Source: Nanobdellota archaeon
Lineage (GTDB): Archaea > Nanobdellota > Nanobdellia > Woesearchaeales > JAGWAF01
DNA length: 64,000 nt
Assembly: GCA_038046365.1 (NCBI GenBank)
Contig: JBBSWF010000020.1
Location: 14,201 to 78,200, forward strand
Reading direction: 5' to 3'
Shown here: positions 46,714 to 55,289 of the stretch, in pieces
Numbering within the stretch: position 1 is the stretch's first letter
Layout: the number at the start of each line of letters is the position of its first letter
Translations under genes and position numbers: made by a program
Notes under the pieces: generated by a model
The model's input: the letters and a program-made list of their open reading frames with translations, nothing else
What the model was told of the DNA's origin: nothing
Databases searched by the model: none

Positions 46714-47119
46714 ATGACGATCCTCTACATCGATACAAACATCCTCCTGAACGCCGCCTTAGAGGAAAAGAACCTGACCGGCAAAGACCTAGCGACCCCC
46801 GCCTCCCGCCTATTCCTCGAAGCGCTCACCTGCAAATACACACTCCTTATATCATCATGGACTATCAAAGAAATGATGAGAAAGATACCAATCGAACACA
46901 TCCGGTCAACGATGGCGATATTGAACCCAAAAATCAGACAATGCCCATATGACCAACAAGATGAAGCGTCAGCCCGCGCCAGATCAAAGGATAATTTTCC
47001 TGATGCATTACATATAATAATCGCCGAAAAAAAAGGCGGATTACATAATCACTCGAGATCTGCATGATTTTCTTAAGATTGGGACACGGATCCCGATAAG
47101 AACGCCGGAGTCACTTTAA
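46714..47119 (+). pseudogene. PIN-domain (VapC-like) gene interrupted by a +1 frameshift in an A8 homopolymer (47027–47034). The downstream frame restores the ...IITRDLHDF C-terminal PIN motif.
   Basis: N-terminal ILYIDTNILLNAAL (first acidic PIN residue). After the A-run the +1 frame reads DYIITRDLHDFLKIGTRIPIRTPESL and stops at 47117–47119. Confidence 0.55.
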
Positions 47120-48301
47120 TCCAACTTGCTCGAAGAGCCACTCTTGGAATCTCTTATGGCCCAGTTCCTTCTCTTTTCGAGTCAGTTCCGCTATTCCCGC
47201 TTTTTTCTCTTCAGGAGATAATTCTCTCGCAGAACCCTGCAAAACCTTAAGTTTCCGACCGATCTCATCGTCAGGGAGCTCATATTTAGGAAGGGCCTCA
47301 TATAATGAGTCCATAGATTCCAAACACGTCTCCTTCAACTCATTCAACCGTTCGAAGAAATAGTCTTTCAACAGTTCCTTGTCGAAAAAACGTGTCAGTG
47401 AATCATATAATTCATATGTCGCCACTAACTGCCAAACGTTGTTGAAATTCTCAATCACAATAGGCTTCGATTGGTTGATCTCATCAACTGAGCCATGCCT
47501 TAGAATCTGTAACACGCTTGAACAGAAATCATCCACCAAAGCGATTATCCATGAATTAAACTCCTTTCTCTCCAGATTGAATATGAAATTGTTTAGAGCC
47601 TCACGAATCTTGTTCTTATTCTTAGGATCATTATAATCGAAATAGGTCAAATAGTATGATAAATCCTCCTTTACCAGATAGAGAGGTTTCTTCTTCTTCT
47701 CATATTGATGTCTTCTAATCTTGTAGGAGGCATCACAGCACCCACAATATTCCTTGCATACCCCTCTAATGTATCCCACCTTCGGAGTCTCATCGATCGG
47801 AGGCCCATAATCCTGATCCGAATCAAATGGGAGCATAAGGATCTCTCCGTACAGATACCAGCCTCTAGGAACCTCAGGGTGAAGTTCTTCAATCACATCC
47901 ACTGCGATCTTCTGCATCAATGTCTTCGACAAAGGTTTGTCACAGATAGAAGGCCAGACTTTGAGTACTGTCGCATAAACCTTCTTGATACGCTCTTTGG
48001 ACTCCGCGCTTAACGGAATCGAAAACAGGGTGTCTGATTTGTAAGACCTCATCTTCTGATAGACTACTTTTCCGTTCTCCTCTAATCGCCGAAGCACATC
48101 TATCTTAACAAAAACTTCAACATGCCGCTTGACACTATCGTAACTGACACCTGCCTCTTTGGCGATGTCCTGTATGCTCATAGATCTACCTGCGTGCGAA
48201 GAAAGAACCTCCAAAATTTTCTGCGACACCTCACCTGCTGCGCGCTTGCCCATCGGTCTCGGATGATTTCGCAAGCGGTAGTATATATACCTTTTCATCA
48301 A
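47111..48301 (-). CDS. Hypothetical protein with an N-terminal HTH.
   Basis: HTH SIQDIAKEAGVSYDSVKRHVEVF, then a long helical C-terminal region. Confidence 0.5.
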   Translation of the reverse strand: MMKRYIYYRLRNHPRPMGKRAAGEVSQKILEVLSSHAGRSMSIQDIAKEAGVSYDSVKRHVEVFVKIDVLRRLEENGKVVYQKMRSYKSDTLFSIPLSAESKERIKKVYATVLKVWPSICDKPLSKTLMQKIAVDVIEELHPEVPRGWYLYGEILMLPFDSDQDYGPPIDETPKVGYIRGVCKEYCGCCDASYKIRRHQYEKKKKPLYLVKEDLSYYLTYFDYNDPKNKNKIREALNNFIFNLERKEFNSWIIALVDDFCSSVLQILRHGSVDEINQSKPIVIENFNNVWQLVATYELYDSLTRFFDKELLKDYFFERLNELKETCLESMDSLYEALPKYELPDDEIGRKLKVLQGSARELSPEEKKAGIAELTRKEKELGHKRFQEWLFEQVGLK

Positions 48302-48403
48302 TTATCTAAAAGTAGAGATTGGTTGTATGGATATAACGAAAAGATTAAATACTGACTCATATTTAACGAAGATGCGCATATACAACGCGCGGAGAAAACG
48401 AAG

Positions 48404-48595
48404 ATGCAAAAAATCATTTTGGGGGGCCTTGCAGGCTCAGGAATCGTTGCGACACTGATAATATCAGGAATCGGATTGTATGTGACTAACGTCACAAAGG
48501 AAATTGGTATGATCGCAATATCCGGCGGAGTGGGAATAGGAATCCTACTTGGAATCCTTGGAGTGATCGGTGTCCTGAAGCGGGTGGCAGGATAA
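48404..48595 (+). CDS. Small two-TM membrane protein.
   Basis: GGLAGSGIVATLIISGIGLYV and IGMIAISGGVGIGILLGILGVIGVL. Confidence 0.4.
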   Translation: MQKIILGGLAGSGIVATLIISGIGLYVTNVTKEIGMIAISGGVGIGILLGILGVIGVLKRVAG

Positions 48596-48891
48596 ACAAG
48601 AGAGGTCGCCATTAAAGAGAGGGGAGAATCATCCGGAATCGAGTTATCGACATTCTGTCGACAACTGAAATACCCTCAGCAGCGGTACCACAAAAAAGAC
48701 GAAAAAATAAAAAGCACCCCTCACGCTCCCGGATGGTTCAACGGCTTGTATATCAAAGGCCAACTCTTAAAAGCAGTAAGTCCTATTGCCACTCCAAGAT
48801 TTTCTAAAAAAGTGAGCGTGACAGGCAGCGTAAGATACCTCTTCAAGATAATTCTCCTTGTCCGAGGAGTTCGGACTACCAGAGTCGGCAC

Positions 48892-49233
48892 TTAAGGCGA
48901 TGGATCTCCATAACACACATGAAAATGAAGATGCTTTGAATCCTGATATTTTCCTAGGTTAGTAAGTATTCTACAGGATCCATGTTCATTGTTTACTTTC
49001 TTCGCGACCTGTTTGATTACTTCCAAGATCTCAATCACAAGGGGACTATCAGAAATAGTGAGAAGTGATTCGATATGTTCCTTTGGAACAACGACGATGT
49101 GAACAGGCCAGTGAGGCTTAGTATGGTAATATGCCAGAACATTGTCAGTCTCTAATATTTTATTAACCGGTGTTTTCCCACTGAACACTTCATCACAATA
49201 AAAATCATCAGTCATGGAATCCGTTATTCGCAT
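48892..49233 (-). CDS. HIT family hydrolase.
   Basis: Histidine triad HLHFHV, plus the HTKPHWPVHIVVVP segment. Confidence 0.65.
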   Translation of the reverse strand: MRITDSMTDDFYCDEVFSGKTPVNKILETDNVLAYYHTKPHWPVHIVVVPKEHIESLLTISDSPLVIEILEVIKQVAKKVNNEHGSCRILTNLGKYQDSKHLHFHVCYGDPSP

Positions 49234-49384
49234 TGATTTTTAAATATTGTGCAGGCCCATCTCCGTAGCCAGGAGAATTCTTTAAGTGAATCCCAGATGT
49301 GTTGAGAAGGATTTAGAGTTCGCCACAGAACAAACCCTCAAACAACTTATAAACAAGGATGCCCACCCCAATCACTGAAACGAC

Positions 49385-50218
49385 ATGGACCAGGAATCAG
49401 CTTTAGTGGTCTTCCAGGACAAGAGGATAAGGAGGACGTGGCAAGAAGGAGAATGGTGGTTCTCAATAGAAGATATAGTCTATGCGTTGACTGATTCTAA
49501 GGACCCAAAACAGTACATCCAGAAGATGAAGCAACGGGATGAGCCCCTATCCGAAGGGTGGGTACAGATTGTACATACCCTTCCTATGCAGACCGAAGGC
49601 GGCGTCCAACTGATGAACAGCGTAAATGTCAAAGGAGCGTTTAGGGTCATCCAGTCCATCCCATCTAGCAAAGCCGAACCATTCAAGATATGGCTTGCCA
49701 AAGTAGGATATGAGCGGGTCCAGGAGATCGAGAACCCGGAACTGGCACAGGAGAGGATGAAGGAACTCTACGAACAGAAAGGATACTCAAAAGAATGGAT
49801 CGAGAAGAGATTGAGAGGCATCGCAGTACGGCAGGAACTGACAGGCGAATGGAAACAGAGAGGAGCGGACGAGAACAAGGAGTATGCCATACTCACCAAT
49901 GAGATCAGCCAGGCGACCTTCGGAAAGACAGTCGATGAATACAAACAGCTCAAAGGCCTGAACAAAGAGAACCTGCGCGACCACATGGACGACCTTGAAC
50001 TGATATTCACGATGCTAGGGGAAAAGGTAACGACCGAGATCACAAAGAAAGACGACGCGCAAGGATTCCCTGAATGCAAAGACGCCGCGCACCGAGGCGG
50101 ACGGGTCGCAGGCAGCGCCAGAAAAGACGCCGAGAAAGAGATAGGCAGGGATATCTCGACACCAGAGAACTACCTCGACGCGCCAGAGAAAGAGAAAAGG
50201 AAGAGGATAGGGAAATAG
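49385..50218 (+). CDS. DinD / Bro-N-like (DNA-damage-inducible protein D family) protein.
   Basis: N-terminal FQDKRIRRTWQEGEWWFSIEDIVYALTD is a Bro-N-like pattern. The central region resembles E. coli DinD (for example GYSKEWIEKRLRGIAVRQELTGEWKQRGA). Confidence 0.5.
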   Translation: MDQESALVVFQDKRIRRTWQEGEWWFSIEDIVYALTDSKDPKQYIQKMKQRDEPLSEGWVQIVHTLPMQTEGGVQLMNSVNVKGAFRVIQSIPSSKAEPFKIWLAKVGYERVQEIENPELAQERMKELYEQKGYSKEWIEKRLRGIAVRQELTGEWKQRGADENKEYAILTNEISQATFGKTVDEYKQLKGLNKENLRDHMDDLELIFTMLGEKVTTEITKKDDAQGFPECKDAAHRGGRVAGSARKDAEKEIGRDISTPENYLDAPEKEKRKRIGK

Positions 50219-50448
50219 TGGATCCTACCCACAGATCATGGCGAGCATATCACAGAAAGTCATCTTCAATAATTAAGGGAAAGGATATTCTCATTCACGA
50301 GTTCTAGTGTTACAGGAGCCATATACACCTAGAAACCCCTATCTTTTAAATACCTTGCGCGGTAAAGCATCAAAAGACAATATGACTATCACCTAAGTGA
50401 TCACTTAATCGCTGAATAATAAGACCGAATAAATAGGAGGAAACCACA

Positions 50449-50610
50449 ATGGCAGCCACACCAAAAGACCAACAGAAGATACAACTAGACTATCGGATCG
50501 ACAGAGACGCATACAACCAGTTCGTCAAAGCATGCAGCGCCAAAGGATACGCCCCGCAAGTCGTAGTAGAGAGGTTGATGAAGAAGTATATAGAGACTGG
50601 GCAGATGTAG
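50449..50610 (+). CDS. 53-aa ribbon-helix-helix-like small protein preceded by a strong AGGAGG Shine-Dalgarno. It is not in the ORF track because it is under 60 aa.
   Basis: The translation MAATPKDQQKIQLDYRIDRDAYNQFVKACSAKGYAPQVVVERLMKKYIETGQM has a strand-helix-helix pattern. AGGAGG lies 9 nt upstream of the ATG. Confidence 0.4.
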   Translation: MAATPKDQQKIQLDYRIDRDAYNQFVKACSAKGYAPQVVVERLMKKYIETGQM

Positions 50611-50643
50611 TTTTACTCGAAAAGGGGACAATCGGGAGCCAAA

Positions 50644-50925
50644 ATGAAAATTGCAATCGACGGCAAGAGTTTGCACGATATCAAGATGAAGCTAAAGAGC
50701 AGCAATACCTCCACTACCCCCCTGATCTCCTACCCAGAAAATCGCATAAAAGCCAGCGTCAATAAGGAGATAGTGACACTGATGCTTCCTCCATTGCTGG
50801 CACTCGAATTATTCAGGTTAGGGGTTCTACAATCTAAAGAACTACGTTATATCAGTCAAACTCCAGGGAAAGGATTTGGGATCCTTCCGCTTCGAGGATT
50901 TAAGACATCCAGATCAGTTATATGA
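50644..50925 (+). CDS. Hypothetical 93-aa protein downstream of the RHH gene.
   Basis: Its ATG is 33 nt after the RHH stop and follows GGGAG. Confidence 0.3.
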   Translation: MKIAIDGKSLHDIKMKLKSSNTSTTPLISYPENRIKASVNKEIVTLMLPPLLALELFRLGVLQSKELRYISQTPGKGFGILPLRGFKTSRSVI

Positions 50926-51041
50926 CGACGGGCTTGTCGAGGTCATGCTCGCTAAGTACCAAAGGACATGAATGATGACCAAAATCAGGGCGGAGTGAGC
51001 GAACGAACATATTTATACATCCTAAACTGTCGGAGGGGCTA

Positions 51042-51794
51042 ATGGAATGCATACCAAAAGATAAGCTCAAAGAGATCGTGAATGAACAGGAATTATCTGA
51101 ACTGCTCCTATACCCCGCGATCTTCCCAAACGCTGAATTCATCCTCGAACATGAATTCCCGGAATATCGCGTGATTGACGCGTATTGCGTCAACCCTGAA
51201 TGCAAATGCGAAGAGGTAGCATTGTATTTCACGAAAAAGCAAGGCGATGAGCTTAAACACGAATTTTCCTTCGTGTTTGAATATATACATCATGACGTGC
51301 TCGCCTGTGACGATATCCCAGATCATGAAGCCGCCGAGATAATAAAAAAGATTCCCACTACAACAATTGACGATATCAAGAAGAGACGCGAGCAACTCAG
51401 ACTTGCTGTACTCGAAGAGATGTCGATCAAACTAGAGAGCCATAAAAACACAGCGAAAAGGAAATTAGGCCGTAATGAACTCTGCCATTGCGGCTCAGGC
51501 ATCAAGTACAAGAAATGCTGCCTGAAGATGGACATCGAGAAGAACGGCAAACCCATGATGATCCTGGACCCTGAATCAGGTGAGGAAGACAGCTTCTGGC
51601 AGAAAGGCTCGTTCGCCCAATCAGTCAGCAAGGAGGATATGGAGAGAAAAAACCGCACGATCCACATGAGCCATGATGAAGATATGGACTTCGACTGCAA
51701 GAAGTGCGACACTAAGATATCCGCGCACAACAAGGACTGGCATGACGGCATGTGCGACGAGTGCTTCGATAAAACCTACTTCAGGGACCGATAA
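51042..51794 (+). CDS. SEC-C motif (metal-binding) domain protein with a C-terminal zinc ribbon.
   Basis: NELCHCGSGIKYKKCC is the SEC-C motif. CKKCDTKISAHNKDWHDGMCDEC is the C-terminal zinc ribbon. Confidence 0.6.
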   Translation: MECIPKDKLKEIVNEQELSELLLYPAIFPNAEFILEHEFPEYRVIDAYCVNPECKCEEVALYFTKKQGDELKHEFSFVFEYIHHDVLACDDIPDHEAAEIIKKIPTTTIDDIKKRREQLRLAVLEEMSIKLESHKNTAKRKLGRNELCHCGSGIKYKKCCLKMDIEKNGKPMMILDPESGEEDSFWQKGSFAQSVSKEDMERKNRTIHMSHDEDMDFDCKKCDTKISAHNKDWHDGMCDECFDKTYFRDR

Positions 51795-51799
51795 ACAAG

Positions 51800-52213
51800 A
51801 TGGACATCCTGGAAAAAATCAGAAAAGTCGAGGCCTTGATCGAGCGCGCCGGGACAGAAGGCGAGAAGCAGTCAGCAATCCAGGCCCGAGAAAGGCTACT
51901 GAAGTCAAAAATTGATGAAGAGCTAGAATATACTATCCACATACAGGACATGTGGCATAAAAAGCTGTTTCTCGCAATCTGCCATAAGCACAATCTGAAA
52001 CCATATCGGTATCATAGACAGAAATACACCACTGCGATGGTGCGGATAAGCAAATCGTTTTTAGACACCATAGTCTGGCCTGAGTACCTTAGATTCGCTA
52101 AAATACTTGAAGAACTCGTCGATGAGATCACCGCAGAGGTCATCTCCAAAATCCACAAGGATGAAACCGAGACCGTGATAGATGGAGAACTGAGCGGGCC
52201 GGACAGCAACTAG
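51800..52213 (+). CDS. Hypothetical protein.
   Basis: Clean ORF 6 nt after the upstream stop. Confidence 0.35.
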   Translation: MDILEKIRKVEALIERAGTEGEKQSAIQARERLLKSKIDEELEYTIHIQDMWHKKLFLAICHKHNLKPYRYHRQKYTTAMVRISKSFLDTIVWPEYLRFAKILEELVDEITAEVISKIHKDETETVIDGELSGPDSN

Positions 52214-52223
52214 AGGGGACTCC

Positions 52224-53234
52224 ATGAACAAAGAAGAAGCATATGATTATGCATACCGCCTTTATGAAGATGGAAATAATTCTGAGGCGATTACCGTATT
52301 AGAAGGGCTTTGCCGCGAACATCCAGAATTTCTTGACGCATTGAATCTATACGCAGGCTGCCTTATCAATATCTCTCATTTCATAGACGCAACGAGAATA
52401 CTGATGAATGCTGAAAAAATAGACCCCGAAAGTCCGGAGATAAAATATAATCTGGGCTATGCCTTGCTATGCGCAGGCCGTGTCTCAGATGCGATGAGAT
52501 ACTTTGAAGAGTCGTTAAAGATGAACCCCCAGACAGAGGCCAAAAAGATGGCGGAACGCATGCTCAAGGAACGGCAAGACTTTGAAAAGAATATTGAGAA
52601 CAATTACCCAATCTCTTTGGAAGAAGAGTTTGAATGCTATGATAATTTCCTCAAGGCCCAGAGATTCCTATATTCAAAGAAAGAGGAAAAGGCCATTGAG
52701 ATCTACATGAAAATCCTAGAAAAGAAGCCGGATCATCCTGAAACGATCCATAATATCGGCACAGCTTACTTTAATCTGAGCCAGTATGAGAAGGCGCTTG
52801 AATTCTTTGAAAAATTGGGAAAGAAGGATTCATTAGCGCTCGCTAATCTCGCGATCACCTATTCGAAACTCGGCAATACAAGAAAAAAAGAAGAATGCCT
52901 AGAGATTCTCAGAAGAGAAAAAGACGATCCGTCAGTGAGGGATGCAGTAAGAATCATCACAGCCTTAATTGAGATTGGTGAACAATCCATCGCTAAGGAT
53001 ATCCTGAACAGACTCAGAAAAAAGACACAACATCCCCAACTTGAATTCTTGCATGCAGTGATACTGGCGAAAGAAGGCGATTGGAAGAACGCAAAGAATC
53101 TGTTTCGGAAGTTAAGCGATCTTTCAGATAGATGCATCGAATACTACGAAGCCACAGACCAGCTAAGCCAAGGCAAGATAACAGAATACGATTTTAAACC
53201 AGGTCTCATCTTTTGTGATATCCAATCAATCTAA
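52224..53234 (+). CDS. TPR repeat protein.
   Basis: Multiple 34-residue helical repeats (AxxxYxxxG...A patterns, for example NIGTAYFNLSQYEKALEFFEK). Confidence 0.6.
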   Translation: MNKEEAYDYAYRLYEDGNNSEAITVLEGLCREHPEFLDALNLYAGCLINISHFIDATRILMNAEKIDPESPEIKYNLGYALLCAGRVSDAMRYFEESLKMNPQTEAKKMAERMLKERQDFEKNIENNYPISLEEEFECYDNFLKAQRFLYSKKEEKAIEIYMKILEKKPDHPETIHNIGTAYFNLSQYEKALEFFEKLGKKDSLALANLAITYSKLGNTRKKEECLEILRREKDDPSVRDAVRIITALIEIGEQSIAKDILNRLRKKTQHPQLEFLHAVILAKEGDWKNAKNLFRKLSDLSDRCIEYYEATDQLSQGKITEYDFKPGLIFCDIQSI

Positions 53235-53246
53235 ACAGGTGGAACC

Positions 53247-54686
53247 ATGAAAATCGACGAGGTATACAGCGAGAGAGTCATCGAACGCGGCGAAGACTAC
53301 ATAGGCAATGTGAAATCATGCATCAAAGCGAACGGATCACTCTTCGCCGAAGTGCATGGAAGCCGCTTATACAAGACCAAAGTCAACCTGGCAAGCCTTG
53401 AAGGGGAATGCTCATGCCCCTACCAGCATAACTGCAAACACGCAGTCGCAGCATACATCTACCACAAGAAAGGGCACAGCGTCAACGCTGATGATTTCCT
53501 CAAAAACCTTGAAAAGCTCGACAAGAAAGAACTCATCCGGATCATCACGAACGTCCTGCCGGGCAATCCGGAATTGGCCACCGACTACGTCTTTAGGAAA
53601 AAGACCAGCTTTGAGTCATTAGTCGATGATCTAATCGAAAAATTCACAATAAGAAAGATGGATCAGATAGAGAAGAACCTCGACCGCCTCAATTTCGAAC
53701 AGCTCTATAATATACTGGAATTCATTGAGAAAGAGGCGGACACGATATTCGAAAACGCCTCCGATGAATTCGAAGGATACAACGGGTACGGATATGACGA
53801 TGAAGGCCAGTTCCTTGACGAATTCACCGAAAAAGTGACAGAAGAAGCCATGAAAAGAATAGACTCAAAAGAAAAGCTAAATGCCGCGATACACCAAAGA
53901 CTCCTCCGCGCGGAAATGATCAATCATGCCGAGCAATTCTACCACCGCAGAGACCAGATCAAGAGCCAGATCTCCCGGCAAGAATACTGCGATTTCCTGC
54001 TAAACTGCAAGAATCCTGACGTCAAAGAGCTCAAGGAGAGCATTGTACCTGAATCAATCGACCGCCTCCCGCGCCTACCACTGAAAAACCTCCATCTGGC
54101 AGAAAAGCTGGCCCCTCTCCTTAAGAATGATGATATCTATTTCATGATATCATACCAGAAAGAAGATCTCTTCGGGATGATCCGGCGTATAGACCGATTA
54201 GACCCACTCATAAGAAAATACCTGCCTATACGCGCATCCAAGATAGTTGATATGATGAAAAGAAAAAAGACTGCTGACAAGAAAACCATCCGTATCTTAT
54301 TCAATAGGAGACATCTTGAGGGCTACACTCCAAAACAGATAGAATACTTAGCCAAACAGGTAGAGAACACCACGATACTCCGGGATACTCTAGATATGAG
54401 CCGGAAGTTCTCAAATGCAATCCCGATAATCAACAGGTTGGCCCATCTCGGGATCGACATTAAAAAGATATTCCAAAAGGAAGACCTCCTGGAAACAAAG
54501 CATTGGACAGAGATCATTGAGATCATAAGATACATCAAGGACAATCTCGGAAAGGATTATCTCGCTAATTTCATCAAGACGCACAAAAGAAGCTTCGCTA
54601 CCTCATCAACACTCAAACACAACCTAAAAAAAGAAGGGATATGCATACAAGACAGAAAAGGAAAATTCGAGGTAGATATGACATGA
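53247..54686 (+). CDS. SWIM zinc-finger domain protein.
   Basis: CSCPYQHNCKHAVAAYIYH is the CxC...CxH SWIM signature. Confidence 0.6.
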   Translation: MKIDEVYSERVIERGEDYIGNVKSCIKANGSLFAEVHGSRLYKTKVNLASLEGECSCPYQHNCKHAVAAYIYHKKGHSVNADDFLKNLEKLDKKELIRIITNVLPGNPELATDYVFRKKTSFESLVDDLIEKFTIRKMDQIEKNLDRLNFEQLYNILEFIEKEADTIFENASDEFEGYNGYGYDDEGQFLDEFTEKVTEEAMKRIDSKEKLNAAIHQRLLRAEMINHAEQFYHRRDQIKSQISRQEYCDFLLNCKNPDVKELKESIVPESIDRLPRLPLKNLHLAEKLAPLLKNDDIYFMISYQKEDLFGMIRRIDRLDPLIRKYLPIRASKIVDMMKRKKTADKKTIRILFNRRHLEGYTPKQIEYLAKQVENTTILRDTLDMSRKFSNAIPIINRLAHLGIDIKKIFQKEDLLETKHWTEIIEIIRYIKDNLGKDYLANFIKTHKRSFATSSTLKHNLKKEGICIQDRKGKFEVDMT

Positions 54687-54793
54687 TAACCAACAACAGC
54701 CCAAACTGCCGCATCTGCGGAGGAAAGGACGCTGAAAAAGACCTATGCCTATTATCATGCCTCTGCTCGATAAGACAACCAAGGCCAGAATGA
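54683..54793 (+). CDS. 36-aa Cys-containing micro-ORF (MITNNSPNCRICGG...), ATGA-coupled to the SWIM gene. It appears to be a degenerate counterpart of the 44565 zinc-ribbon ORF.
   Basis: A shared CR(V/I)C motif and the same coupled position as 44565. Confidence 0.3.
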   Translation: MITNNSPNCRICGGKDAEKDLCLLSCLCSIRQPRPE

Positions 54794-54861
54794 AGCACCG
54801 GATCGACAGGATGATAGAACTGAGAATAATGCATAAAGAGAGCAATAACAAATCACATTGA
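54745..54861 (+). CDS. 38-aa micro-protein MPIIMPLLDKTTKARMKHRIDRMIELRIMHKESNNKSH, a paralog of 44771..44887.
   Basis: The IIMPLLDK core and basic C-terminus are shared with the 44771 ORF. The length is identical (117 nt). Confidence 0.4.
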   Translation: MPIIMPLLDKTTKARMKHRIDRMIELRIMHKESNNKSH

Positions 54862-54912
54862 TTATTGAACTACAGATAATGCAATCCGCTATAACATGAA
54901 AAACGGAAGAAA

Positions 54913-55281
54913 ATGACAGCCTCCCCGTTAATGGACGTGCTAGAAACCCTCCTTGCCAAGGAAAAAAAGACCAAGGAATTCAGAAAGCGCCTGCGATTGA
55001 GAGGAAAAGTCACGGCGAAAGCAATGACCAAGAGTAACAACATCAGCCTGACTGTCGAAAAAGACAAAGAGGAATACAAGTTTACGATACTGAGATCCCA
55101 CAAGGAGCGCTATTCGCTCGCTGAGAAAATACGCACAGGACAGAGCGTATCGATAGACGGCATCCCAAAGTTCAAATGGATCATATGCACACGCCTCAAG
55201 ATCCTCGAGAAGGGGATCGCGGAAGGAAGACAGGAGAAGCTAGCGGGATTCTTAAACCAAGAACAAACACAATCCCTCTGA
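54913..55281 (+). CDS. Hypothetical protein.
   Basis: Clean 122-aa ORF ending 8 nt before the next gene. Confidence 0.35.
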   Translation: MTASPLMDVLETLLAKEKKTKEFRKRLRLRGKVTAKAMTKSNNISLTVEKDKEEYKFTILRSHKERYSLAEKIRTGQSVSIDGIPKFKWIICTRLKILEKGIAEGRQEKLAGFLNQEQTQSL

Positions 55282-55289
55282 GGGAAAAA

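Noticed and set aside
48600-48890. Possible tRNA in the intergenic region (gtccgaggagttcggac hairpin)
   Set aside because: The loop sequence does not match a T-loop and no acceptor or anticodon arms can be built.
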